From Myxococcota bacterium (GTDB taxonomy: Bacteria > Myxococcota_A > UBA9160 > SZUA-336), in contig DATJZP010000067.1 in the NCBI GenBank assembly GCA_035498875.1, positions 80,107-144,106 on the forward strand: a stretch of 64,000 nucleotides of DNA, written 5' to 3'. Position numbers and translations under genes: made by a program. Numbering within the stretch: the stretch's first letter is position 1; the number at the start of each line of letters is the position of its first letter. Shown here one piece after another: positions 8,460 to 17,524 of this stretch. The notes under the pieces were generated by a model. That model had not been told where the DNA came from. It saw only the letters and a list, made by a program, of their open reading frames with translations, and did no database searches.

Positions 8460-9821
8460 TCAGGCGCGGAGAGCTTCCGGCGCCCAGTCATGGCGCCACG
8501 GCAGCACCTCTTCGAGCTGCCGAGACACCTGCAGGACGAGCGCGTCCTCGCCCGGGCGCCCGATCAGGTGCGCGCCCATCGGCCAGCGCCCGGCCATGCG
8601 GCCCATCGGCAGGCTGGCCGACGGCGCGCCGCTGATGTTGCTGGTGGCGGTATACACGCCGAGCAGCGCGGCGCGCGCGAAGGCTTCGGGCGCGGGCAGG
8701 CCGTCGTAAGCCCCGACCTGCGGTGTCTCGATCGGCACGGTCGGAGTGAGACACAGGTCGAACTGCGCGGTCGAATCGAGCACGCGCTTCGCCAGGCCGC
8801 GCTGGATCGAGCGCGCGCTCTCGGCACTGACCTGCTTTCCGGCCTCGCGCAGCCAGCGCGGCACGGACTGCAGCCGCCAGGGCAGCATGGCCGGGGCGAG
8901 CCGGAGCTGGCGCTGGTACACGGGCAGGAACTCGTCGACCGTGCCCTCGGGCGCGCGCAGCTCGTCGAGCGCGTGCCCCAGCGACTCGAGCTGCTTTGCG
9001 ATCCGGCGCACGCCCTCGGCGATCTCGGGGTGGGTGGGCGCCAGGTGCGAATGAGTCAAGACGCCGATGCGCAGCCGGCGCGGGCTCTCGCGCAGCGCGC
9101 GGCGGAACTCGTCGGTGCGCGCCAGCACGTCCAGCATCGCGGCCGCGTCCTCCACGCTGCGCGCGAGCGGCCCGCAGCTGTAGAGGATGTCGGGATCCTT
9201 CAACCCGTAGGCGTTCGCGACCCGGCCGCGGCTCGCCTTGAAGCCGTAGAGCTGACACAGCGAAGCCGGGATGCGCACCGAGCCCGCGCCGTCCGAGCCG
9301 TGCGCGATCGGCAGCATGGCCGCGGCCACGGCCGCGCCAGCGCCGCCGCTCGAGCCGCCCGAGCTGCGCGTGAGATCCCAGGGGTTGCGCGTGGGCGGGT
9401 GGATGTCGGGCTCGGTGACCGGCATCGCGCCCAGCTCCGAGGTCGCGGTCTTGCCCAAGATCACGAAGCCGCCCGCGCGGATCGAGGCGGTGGAGTGACA
9501 GTCGAACGGCGCCGGGATCCACACCCCGCGCGAGCCGAAGCGAGACACCGAGCCGCGCACGAAGTTCAGGTCCTTGATCGCGGTCGGCACGCCGTGGAAC
9601 GGGGGCAGCGTGCCCGCGCCCCGCGCCGCCTCGGCGTCCTTGCGCCGCGCCTGGGCCAGCGCGCGGCGCCGGTGCACGCGCACGAAGGCGTGCAGCCGCG
9701 GATTCAGTGTCTCGATCCGCTCGAGATAGAGCCGCGTGAGCTCGAGCGACGAGATCGCGCGCGCGCGGATCTGCGCCGCCAGCTCGAGCGCGCTCTGCTC
9801 CAGGAGCGGACTCCACCCCAT
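8460..9821 (-). CDS. amidase (amidase-signature family)
   Basis: GGSSGGAGAAVAA signature and catalytic Ser-cisSer-Lys context. Confidence 0.9.
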   Translation of the reverse strand: MGWSPLLEQSALELAAQIRARAISSLELTRLYLERIETLNPRLHAFVRVHRRRALAQARRKDAEAARGAGTLPPFHGVPTAIKDLNFVRGSVSRFGSRGVWIPAPFDCHSTASIRAGGFVILGKTATSELGAMPVTEPDIHPPTRNPWDLTRSSGGSSGGAGAAVAAAMLPIAHGSDGAGSVRIPASLCQLYGFKASRGRVANAYGLKDPDILYSCGPLARSVEDAAAMLDVLARTDEFRRALRESPRRLRIGVLTHSHLAPTHPEIAEGVRRIAKQLESLGHALDELRAPEGTVDEFLPVYQRQLRLAPAMLPWRLQSVPRWLREAGKQVSAESARSIQRGLAKRVLDSTAQFDLCLTPTVPIETPQVGAYDGLPAPEAFARAALLGVYTATSNISGAPSASLPMGRMAGRWPMGAHLIGRPGEDALVLQVSRQLEEVLPWRHDWAPEALRA

Positions 9822-9838
9822 GGGTGGAGTCTAGCCGC

Positions 9839-10585
9839 TCAGCGCGTCGCCATGGCGCGCGCCATCGTGCGCACCTCGCCGCGGATCCACTCCGAAGCCG
9901 TTCGCTGCAGCTCGTCGGCCGGCCGGCGCCGGAGCGTGGGCCCGAACGCGAGCTGCAGCCGGATCTGCGGCCGGCGGAAGGTCTGCAGGAAGTGACCCAC
10001 GAATGGGTCGTCGTCGATCCAGGCGTCGCGCCGATCCTCGTACTCGATCGCGAACGGCACGACCGGGAAGTCGTACTGCTCGGCGAGCTGGAACAGTCCC
10101 GGGAAGAACGGCAGGATGCCGGGCCCGCGGCAGGTGGTGCCCTCGGGGAAGGCCGCGAACGCGAGCCCCTTCTGCAAGAGCGCGAGCGCGCCCTCGCGCG
10201 CCTTCTTGCGGCTGTCGCGGTCCTCGCGCGTGACGAACACCGTCGGGTGTAGGGAGGCCGCGCTGCCGAACACCGGCCAGCTCGCGATCTCCATCTTGGC
10301 CAGGAAGCCACAGGGCCGTACGCCCAGCACGGCGAGAATGTCGATGTACGACCGGTGATTCCCGAGCAACAGGTGCGGACCCGGGGGCGGTGCGCCGCGC
10401 ACGCTGATCTCGAGCCCCAGTGACCCGCAGAGGCGCCGCGCCCAGGCGTGGCCGTGGCGCGCGGCCTCGTGCGGGCAGCCGCCGCTGCGGGCGTGGGCGA
10501 GCTTCAGCTCGGCGAGCGCGCGGGTCGTGATCGCGGCCATGCGCGCCAGGCGCAGATAGGAGCGGACATCCGAGTTCTTCTTCAT
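9839..10585 (-). CDS. lysophospholipid acyltransferase (PlsC/AGPAT family; OlsA candidate)
   Basis: GNHRSYIDI (HX4D) and FPEGT motifs. Confidence 0.8.
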   Translation of the reverse strand: MKKNSDVRSYLRLARMAAITTRALAELKLAHARSGGCPHEAARHGHAWARRLCGSLGLEISVRGAPPPGPHLLLGNHRSYIDILAVLGVRPCGFLAKMEIASWPVFGSAASLHPTVFVTREDRDSRKKAREGALALLQKGLAFAAFPEGTTCRGPGILPFFPGLFQLAEQYDFPVVPFAIEYEDRRDAWIDDDPFVGHFLQTFRRPQIRLQLAFGPTLRRRPADELQRTASEWIRGEVRTMARAMATR

Positions 10586-10725
10586 CGTCGAGTCTCTCCC
10601 TTCGCAATACAGGCTCGGTTTCGCGTGTTACGGGAGAGTGACGAACGAGATACGAACCGGATGCTCGCCGTTTCTTCGCATGGGCGACCGCGCTTCGTCA
10701 CGGACGTTGCCGAACGTCTCACACG

Positions 10726-11652
10726 ATGAGAAACGACGCATTTCGGTGTGACGCAAGTTCGTGTAGGACGAGGCAGCTCACCGCCGAGGTCGAGAATCTC
10801 CCGCCCAGCGCGCTGTTGGTAGAGACCTCGAAGCTGCGCGTGTATCTGGCCGAGGCCCGCCAGATACCGGCGCTGCTGGACGAGATCGGGCGGCTGCGCG
10901 AGCGCACGTTCCGCGCGATCGGCGAGGGCACGGGCTCGGAGCTCGATCTCGACCGCTTCGACGGTCACTACCTGCACCTGTTCGTGTGGGACGCCGCGCG
11001 CGGCCAGGTGGCGGGCGCGTACCGGATCGCGGCGCCGCACCGGCTGCCGCAGCGCGACCTGCCGCGCAGCCTGTACACGAACACGCTGTTCGACTACGAG
11101 CGCGAGTTCCTGGACCAGCTCGGCCCGAGCCTGGAGCTGGGCCGCGCGTTCGTGACTCCCGAATTCCAGCGGTGCTCGCGCGTGCTCGCCCTGCTCTGGC
11201 AGGGGATCGCGCGGGCACTGCACCTTCAAGGCGCGCGCTGCCTGTTCGGCGCCGTCAGTGTGTCGGCGAGCTATTCGCGGCGCTCGCGGGGTCTGATCGC
11301 GGCCGCGCTGCTCGCGCACCACCGGCACGAGGAGACCTCGGGGCTGGTGAGGGCGCGCGAGCCATTTGCGCTCGAGCCCGGCGACTACGCCGAGGCCGCG
11401 GCGCTCGCCGACCCACGTGCTCTGTCCGCCCGAGTCAGCGAGCTCGAGCCGGACGGGTCGCCCCTGCCCATGCTGGTGAAGCGCTACCTCGAGCTCGGCG
11501 GCAAGTTCGCCGCCTGGCACGTCGACCGCGCCTTCGGCGACTCACTCGACGGGCTCTTGGTGCTCGACCTCGAGCGCGCGAACGCCGCGCGCGTCGCGCT
11601 CTACAGCGACAAGCGCTCGACCGCGCTGCGCACGTCGTCCGCGGTCTCGTAG
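10726..11652 (+). CDS. GNAT-family N-acyltransferase, OlsB-like (ornithine/amino-acid lipid N-acyltransferase candidate)
   Basis: N-terminal region (RLRERTFR, LHLFVWD) is typical of the OlsB/hemolysin-like acyltransferase family PF13444. It is divergent from the PlsC-family gene. Confidence 0.55.
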   Translation: MRNDAFRCDASSCRTRQLTAEVENLPPSALLVETSKLRVYLAEARQIPALLDEIGRLRERTFRAIGEGTGSELDLDRFDGHYLHLFVWDAARGQVAGAYRIAAPHRLPQRDLPRSLYTNTLFDYEREFLDQLGPSLELGRAFVTPEFQRCSRVLALLWQGIARALHLQGARCLFGAVSVSASYSRRSRGLIAAALLAHHRHEETSGLVRAREPFALEPGDYAEAAALADPRALSARVSELEPDGSPLPMLVKRYLELGGKFAAWHVDRAFGDSLDGLLVLDLERANAARVALYSDKRSTALRTSSAVS

Positions 11653-12056
11653 AAGATCGGGAAGTCGGTCTTCCGCCAGGCGATCTTGCCGTCGCGCCCC
11701 ACCAGCACGAGCGCGCGTTTGGTCATGCCGAGCAGGCCGCGCGCGCCGTACGCGCGAGTCACCGTGCCGCCGGCGTCCGCCGCCACCGGGAAGGGCAGGC
11801 GGTGCTTGTCGGCGAACTTGCCGTGCGACTCCTCGCTCTGCGGATTCAGCGCCACCACCTGGATCCCGAGCTTGTCGAACACGCCCAGGTTGTCGCGGTA
11901 GTTACAGAGCTGCTTGGTGCACACCGGCGTGTCGTCGCCCGGGTAGAACACCAGCAGCACGGGTCCCTTCCGCAACAGCGCGGAGAGCTGGAGCGGGCCG
12001 CGGTTCGAGGCAAGCGAGAAATCCGGTGCGCGATCGCCGACTTCGGGTGTGCTCAT
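11601..12056 (-). CDS. bcp: thiol peroxidase, Bcp-type peroxiredoxin (AhpC/TSA family)
   Basis: LLVFYPGDDTPVCTKQLC motif. Confidence 0.85.
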   Translation of the reverse strand: MSTPEVGDRAPDFSLASNRGPLQLSALLRKGPVLLVFYPGDDTPVCTKQLCNYRDNLGVFDKLGIQVVALNPQSEESHGKFADKHRLPFPVAADAGGTVTRAYGARGLLGMTKRALVLVGRDGKIAWRKTDFPIFYETADDVRSAVERLSL

Positions 12057-12209
12057 GGCCGGAACCCTATCACACGGCCGGCGCGCGTTTCCAGGTTCCG
12101 CAGCAAGGGCGCGGACTTGCGCCGAAGATGAGAAATCTCGAATAACTCGTGCGAGTCACGAGTCGGATTCGCGACTCACCGCATTCCGGTGAGAGGAGGG
12201 TTGTGACTC

Positions 12210-13130
12210 GTGACACAGCTTCGCCGCTTCGCCTGCGCAACTGCCTTCGCACTGTCGTGTCTCGCCGCCGCGCCCGCGGCGCGCGCCGACGTCGATCTCT
12301 GGCCGCTCTACGAGCACGACCGGGACACCACCACGGTGCTGTATCCGTTCTACGTGCACGAGGGCGATTTCCTGATGGTGTTTCCCGCGTACTACCGCAC
12401 CGACCAGGGGCACGAGCAGCACGTGCTGTGGCCGCTGCTCAAGATGCGCGACGGCCGGCTCACGCGGCTGGCACCGTTCTGGTATTCGAGTGACCCCGGC
12501 AAGTACTGGATCTTCCCGCTCGCGTACCACGACGACGACGAGACCTGGCTGCTCGTGCCGCCGGCCGTGTTCAAGGCGCACCAGTTCCAGATCGTACCGC
12601 CGCTGTTCGTGCACACCCACACGCCGGACGACGACTGGCTGGTGACCGGCGTGCGCGCTTTCGGCTGGCACAAGACCGCCGCTGAGTCGCACTACTTCGC
12701 CGGCTTCCTCGGCGACTACACCAGGCGCGCGAACGGCGAGTGGAGCGGATCGCTGACTCCGCTGCTCTACACCTGGGGCGGCTCCGAGAACCGGGGCGTG
12801 GTCGTGCCGCCGCTGTTCTGGGACACGCACACCAAGGACTCGTCCACGTTCTGGCTGGCCGGCTATCTGCGCGACCGCTCGCCGACGAGAGACTCCTGGG
12901 CGATGGTTCCGTTCATCGGAAGCTCGCGCGAGACCGCGAGCAACGGCGACCTGACGCGCCGGCTCTCGATCCTGTGGCCGGTGTACAAGCGCAAGGAGAC
13001 CAGCAACGCGGCGGGCGAGATGACCTACCGCCACCGCCGCTTCCTGGCGTTCGCCGACGACACCACGCCCGACCGCCGCCAGCTCTCGCTCTTCGGCTTC
13101 GTCGTGCGCGAGGCTTCGAAGACGCTCTAG
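12210..13130 (+). CDS. secreted hypothetical protein (signal peptide ...AAAPAARA/DV)
   Basis: GTG start after GAGGAGG RBS; Trp/Tyr-rich repeats (PLF/PLY). Confidence 0.5.
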   Translation: MTQLRRFACATAFALSCLAAAPAARADVDLWPLYEHDRDTTTVLYPFYVHEGDFLMVFPAYYRTDQGHEQHVLWPLLKMRDGRLTRLAPFWYSSDPGKYWIFPLAYHDDDETWLLVPPAVFKAHQFQIVPPLFVHTHTPDDDWLVTGVRAFGWHKTAAESHYFAGFLGDYTRRANGEWSGSLTPLLYTWGGSENRGVVVPPLFWDTHTKDSSTFWLAGYLRDRSPTRDSWAMVPFIGSSRETASNGDLTRRLSILWPVYKRKETSNAAGEMTYRHRRFLAFADDTTPDRRQLSLFGFVVREASKTL

Positions 13131-14428
13131 ATGCGCTCGAGGATCGTCGAGATGCCCATCCCGGCGCCGATGCACTGAGTGGCCAGGCCGTAGCGGCCGC
13201 CGCTCTTGCGCAACTCGCGCGCGACCGTCGTGACCAGCCGGGCGCCGGTCGCGCCGAGCGGATGACCGATCGCGATCGAGCCGCCGTTCACGTTGGCGCG
13301 CTCGGCGGGGATGCCGAGATCGCGCAGCGACGGGATCACCTGCGCGGCGAAGGCCTCGTTGAACTCGACCCGGTCGATCCGGTCGGCGCCGATGCCCGCG
13401 TGGCGCAGCGCCTTCCGGGTCGAAGGGATCGGGCCCAGCCCCATCACCTGCGGCTTCACGCCGCCGACGCCCAGACCCACGATCCGCGCCAACGGCTCGA
13501 GCCGCAGCTCGCGCGCCCTTTCCTCGCTCATCAGCAGCGCCACCGAGATCCCGTCGTTGGTGGGACACGAGTTGCCGGCGGTGATCACGATCTCCTGCTT
13601 GCCGTAGCTCACGATCCCCTTCACCGGCTGGAGCCCGGCGAGCTTGTCGGCCGTGGTGTCGGCGCGCAGACACTCGTCCTTGTCGAAGAGCACGGTCTTG
13701 CCGGTCTCGGCCTCGACCCAGTTGCCCTCGGCGTCGAACACCGGCTCCTCGACCTCGAGCGGCACCAGCTCGTCCTTGTAGAAGCCCGCCTCGTAGGCGC
13801 GCGCGCACTTGCGATGACTTTCGGCCGAGAACGCGTCGAGCTCGGCGCGCGACAGTCCGTAGCACTCGGCCACGTTCTGCGCGGTCTGAGTCATCGACAT
13901 GAGCGGCGGCGCGTCGAGGATGTAGTCGGGGAACTTCACCGAGAAGGTCTGGTCGTGATCGGGCGCCATGTTGCGCTGCTCGGGCGTGAGCTTGAACAGG
14001 CGCGGGTTCAGCTTGGTGATGCGGGTCGGCGTGGCGCGCGGCCCGCCGCCCATGAGCTGGCGGCCCATGCGCTCGATCCCGAGCGCGAGCCCGCAGTCGG
14101 TGGCGCCGACCATGATCGAGGTGGCCACCCGGTGCAGTGTCTCCATGCTGGAGCCGCACTGGCGGTTGGTCACGAAGTTGCATGCCTCCATCGGCAGGCC
14201 CGCCAGCCGCGCGACCATGCCCAGGCCGACGAACTCACCCGAGCCCGCCACGTTCCCGAGCCCGACGTCTTCGACCATCGCCGGCTTCACCTTGGGGTTG
14301 CGCGCGAGCAGCGCGCGCACCACCTGGGCTCCGGCTTCGTCCAGGCGCGTGGCGACGAGCTTCCCGCGACCTCCGCGCGCGAAGGGCGAACGCACACCAT
14401 CCACCAGGACGACTTTCCGCAGCTCCAT
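13127..14428 (-). CDS. acetyl-CoA C-acyltransferase (thiolase)
   Basis: Thiolase motifs NRQCGSSMET and C-terminal GLATQCIGAGMG. Confidence 0.9.
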   Translation of the reverse strand: MELRKVVLVDGVRSPFARGGRGKLVATRLDEAGAQVVRALLARNPKVKPAMVEDVGLGNVAGSGEFVGLGMVARLAGLPMEACNFVTNRQCGSSMETLHRVATSIMVGATDCGLALGIERMGRQLMGGGPRATPTRITKLNPRLFKLTPEQRNMAPDHDQTFSVKFPDYILDAPPLMSMTQTAQNVAECYGLSRAELDAFSAESHRKCARAYEAGFYKDELVPLEVEEPVFDAEGNWVEAETGKTVLFDKDECLRADTTADKLAGLQPVKGIVSYGKQEIVITAGNSCPTNDGISVALLMSEERARELRLEPLARIVGLGVGGVKPQVMGLGPIPSTRKALRHAGIGADRIDRVEFNEAFAAQVIPSLRDLGIPAERANVNGGSIAIGHPLGATGARLVTTVARELRKSGGRYGLATQCIGAGMGISTILERI

Positions 14429-14496
14429 GAAAATTCTCCTCGGCTCTTCAGTAAACGTTTGCGAGCGCGCGCGCCTTTGTACCACGGCGGCGTAGA

Positions 14497-15936
14497 TTGT
14501 GGGTCGTGAGCTTGGTGGCGGCGGCGTTCCTGCGCGGTCTCGGAGTGGTGTACGCCTGCGCGTTCCTGTCACTCTGGGTGCAGGTCGACGCGCTGTACGG
14601 GCCGGCGGGCATCTCGCCGGTCGGCCGCTGGCTGGTCGCGGCGCAGGAGCAGCTCGGGGCAGAGGCGCCGCTCGGCTTCCCCAGCCTGTTCTGGCTCACC
14701 GGCGCGAGTGAGTGGGCGCTCCACGGCCTGTGCGCGCTGGGGCTCGGGGCGGCGGTCGCGCTGATCGCGGGGCGGCTGTCGCTGTGGGCCGCGCTCACGG
14801 CCTGGGCCAGCTATCTGTCGTTCGTCTCCGTCGGCAGCGTGTTTCTCGCCTTTCAGTGGGACTTGCTGCTGCTCGAGGCGGGGATGGTCGGCCTGTTCGC
14901 CGCGTCGGCCGAGCCGCGGCTCGGGGTCTGGCTGGCGCGCGCGCTGCTGCTCAAGCTGATGTTCCTGTCGGGCGCGGTGAAGCTCGCCTCGGGTGACTCG
15001 ACCTGGCGCGATCTCACGGCGCTCACCTATCACTACTGGAGTCAGCCGCTGCCCTCGCCGACGAGCGTGGCCGCGGCGGCGCTGCCGGTCCCGGTCCAGA
15101 AGCTCTCGACCTTCCTGACGCTGGCGATCGAGCTCGGGGCCCCCTGGGGCATGCTCGGGCCGCGCCGGCTCCGGCTCGCGAGCGCGGCGCTCCTGGCCGG
15201 GCTGCAGGGACTGATCGCCGCGACCGGCAACTACGGCTTCTTCAATCTGCTGACGCTGGTGCTGTGCGCCTGCCTGCTGGACGACTCCGACCTGGCTCGG
15301 CTCCGGTTCCTGGCGCGCCCCGAGCCTGTGACTCGCGACCGCCTGCGCGTGCCGCGCCGGGTCGCCGCGGGGCTCGTGGCGGCCTCGAGCCTGTTGGTGG
15401 CGTGCCAGCGACTCACTCCGCCCGCGCGCTTCCCCGGCGCGCTGCGGAGCTTTTGCGACCTGCTCTCGACGCTGCGCAGCGTGAACTCCTACGGGCTGTT
15501 CGCGGTCATGACGACGGAGCGGCCCGAGATCGTGATCGAGGGCAGCGCCGACGGCGCCGATTGGCGCCCTTACCAGTTTCGCTGGAAGCCCGGCGACCTC
15601 GAGCGCGCGCCGCGCTTTGCCGGGCCGCACATGCCGCGCGTCGACTGGCAGATGTGGTTCGCGGCGCTCGGCAGCTGCCAGGACGAGCTCTGGTTCCAGC
15701 GCTTCCTGCAGCGCGTTCTCGAGGGCAGCCGGCCCGTGACGGCGCTGTTCGCGCGGAACCCGTTTCCAGGCGACCCGCCGCGCTATCTCCGCACCACCCT
15801 CTGGCAGTACCGCTTCGCCGGCGGCGAGGAGCGGCGCGCGGGCGCCTGCTGGGTGCGGTCGGACCCCCAGAGCTACTGCCCGATCGTGACTCTGCGCGAC
15901 GGCCACCTGGCTGCGGCAAACGATCTCTCGCGGTAA
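14497..15936 (+). CDS. lipase maturation factor (LMF1) family membrane protein
   Basis: DALYGPAGI, GNYGFFNLLT, SYGLFAVMTT and WQMWFAALG match the LMF (PF06762) family. Confidence 0.7.
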   Translation: MWVVSLVAAAFLRGLGVVYACAFLSLWVQVDALYGPAGISPVGRWLVAAQEQLGAEAPLGFPSLFWLTGASEWALHGLCALGLGAAVALIAGRLSLWAALTAWASYLSFVSVGSVFLAFQWDLLLLEAGMVGLFAASAEPRLGVWLARALLLKLMFLSGAVKLASGDSTWRDLTALTYHYWSQPLPSPTSVAAAALPVPVQKLSTFLTLAIELGAPWGMLGPRRLRLASAALLAGLQGLIAATGNYGFFNLLTLVLCACLLDDSDLARLRFLARPEPVTRDRLRVPRRVAAGLVAASSLLVACQRLTPPARFPGALRSFCDLLSTLRSVNSYGLFAVMTTERPEIVIEGSADGADWRPYQFRWKPGDLERAPRFAGPHMPRVDWQMWFAALGSCQDELWFQRFLQRVLEGSRPVTALFARNPFPGDPPRYLRTTLWQYRFAGGEERRAGACWVRSDPQSYCPIVTLRDGHLAAANDLSR

Positions 15937-16105
15937 CTCCTGCGTCCGTTCCCGCCAGGCGCTCGCGGGCTCACGAGCCGGCAACTCCATGGCGCGCCGG
16001 CTTCAGAGCATCTTTCCGCCAACCGATCGGAAAGCTGGAAGGAATCACCCCCGATGCCGGCCCTCCCAGCCCTGGCTTTCGACAAGTAGGAGCCTCGCTC
16101 GCGGC

Positions 16106-17524
16106 ATGACTCGACGCGAGCCGATGGAGTCACCCGTGGCCAGGCTGGCCGCACTCTGGCTGCGCCTGGCGCACGTGTTCATCCCGCCCCGGCAGCGGCT
16201 CGACCCCGATACCTACCGGCGCGCGCGCACCACGGTCTACTCCTGCCTGGTGCCCGCGCCGATGTCGCTGGTGTTCGCCTGGAACTACTGGGAGACGCTC
16301 GGCGGCCAGGTCGGGCTGCTCGCCACCGCGATCGTGCTGGGCACGAACCTCGCCGCGCTCGCGGCGCTGCTGACGCTGCGCCAGACCGGCAAGGTGTCTC
16401 TCGCCGCGAACGTGTTGCTCGGCTACGCCTTCCTCGAGTTCGCGGCGCTCGCGGTGCTGTTCGGGGGCCCGCTCTCGTCGTCGATCTACTGGAGCGTGAT
16501 GCTGCCGCTGGTCGCGATGCTGACCGGCGGCACCCGGCTGGCACTGCCCTGGCTCGGGCTCTGTCTCGCCGAGTACGCGGCGGTGTACTGGCTGCAGCTG
16601 CAGGGTGTGGAGTTCGTGAACCGCCTGCCGCCAGACCGGCGCATGCCGCTCTGGGTCAGCAGCATCTCGAGCATCAGCGTGTTGTGTCTGGTGTTCGTGC
16701 TGATCTACGAGCGCGCCAAGCACGAGACGCTGCGCACGTTGCTCGGCGCGAACGCGGCGCTGGAGCGCGCGCGCGACGCGGCCGAGGCGGCGAACCGCAG
16801 CAAGAGCGACTTCCTGGCGAACGTGAGTCACGAGATCCGCACGCCGCTGACCGCGATCCTGGGCTACGCCGAGCTGCTGCTGCGCGAGAGCGACTCGGGG
16901 GCGATCGCCAAGAGCTACGCCGCCACGCTGCTCACGATCCGCCGCAACGGCGAGCACCTGCTCGACATCATCAACGACATCCTCGACTTCTCGAAGATCG
17001 CCGCGGGCACTTTCGACGTGGAGCGGGTGCCGGTCGCGCCGGTGGCGCTGGTCTCCGAGGTGGTCTCGCTGATGAGCATCCGCGCCGAGGCCAAGCGCCT
17101 GTCGCTCGCGGTCGAGTGCGAGCCGCCGTTGCCCACGAAGTTCGAGACCGACCCGCGGCGCCTGCGCCAGGTGCTGGTCAATCTGATCGGGAACGCACTG
17201 AAGTTCACCGACCGGGGCCGGGTCGTGCTGCGAGTCACCGGCGGCGCCGACGCGCCCGGGCCGCGCGTCCGCTTCGAGGTCGTCGACAGCGGGATCGGCA
17301 TCACCGAGGAGCAGATGGCGCGACTGTTCCAGCCGTTCGCCCAGGCCGACGCCTCGACCGCGCGCCGCTACGGCGGCACCGGGCTCGGGCTCTCGATCTG
17401 CAAGCACCTGGTCGAGCTGCTCGGGGGCGAGATCGGCGCGCACAGCCGGCCGGGCGCCGGCAGCACCTTCTGGGTCGAGCTGCCGGGCGCGCCGGTCGAG
17501 GGGAGTCACTCCGGTGAGGCATGA
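16106..17524 (+). CDS. sensor histidine kinase with membrane-embedded multi-TM sensor and no periplasmic domain
   Basis: HisKA H-box (SHEIRTPL) and HATPase_c (GTGLGLSI) after a ~5-6 TM N-terminal region. Confidence 0.8.
   Translation: MTRREPMESPVARLAALWLRLAHVFIPPRQRLDPDTYRRARTTVYSCLVPAPMSLVFAWNYWETLGGQVGLLATAIVLGTNLAALAALLTLRQTGKVSLAANVLLGYAFLEFAALAVLFGGPLSSSIYWSVMLPLVAMLTGGTRLALPWLGLCLAEYAAVYWLQLQGVEFVNRLPPDRRMPLWVSSISSISVLCLVFVLIYERAKHETLRTLLGANAALERARDAAEAANRSKSDFLANVSHEIRTPLTAILGYAELLLRESDSGAIAKSYAATLLTIRRNGEHLLDIINDILDFSKIAAGTFDVERVPVAPVALVSEVVSLMSIRAEAKRLSLAVECEPPLPTKFETDPRRLRQVLVNLIGNALKFTDRGRVVLRVTGGADAPGPRVRFEVVDSGIGITEEQMARLFQPFAQADASTARRYGGTGLGLSICKHLVELLGGEIGAHSRPGAGSTFWVELPGAPVEGSHSGEA

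Noticed and set aside
8488-10311. 607-aa minus-strand ORF overlapping the amidase and PlsC genes
   Set aside because: It is Arg/Ala/Gly/Pro-rich and low-complexity, and lies in an alternative frame of two well-supported genes. This is the expected long-open-frame artefact of ~70% GC DNA.
12156-14183. 675-aa minus-strand ORF spanning the secreted-protein and thiolase genes
   Set aside because: Same artefact: RRDR-rich, no recognisable domain, antisense or alternative frame to conserved genes.
14569-15990. 473-aa minus-strand ORF antisense to the LMF-like gene
   Set aside because: Low-complexity (RRDQ-rich) antisense frame.
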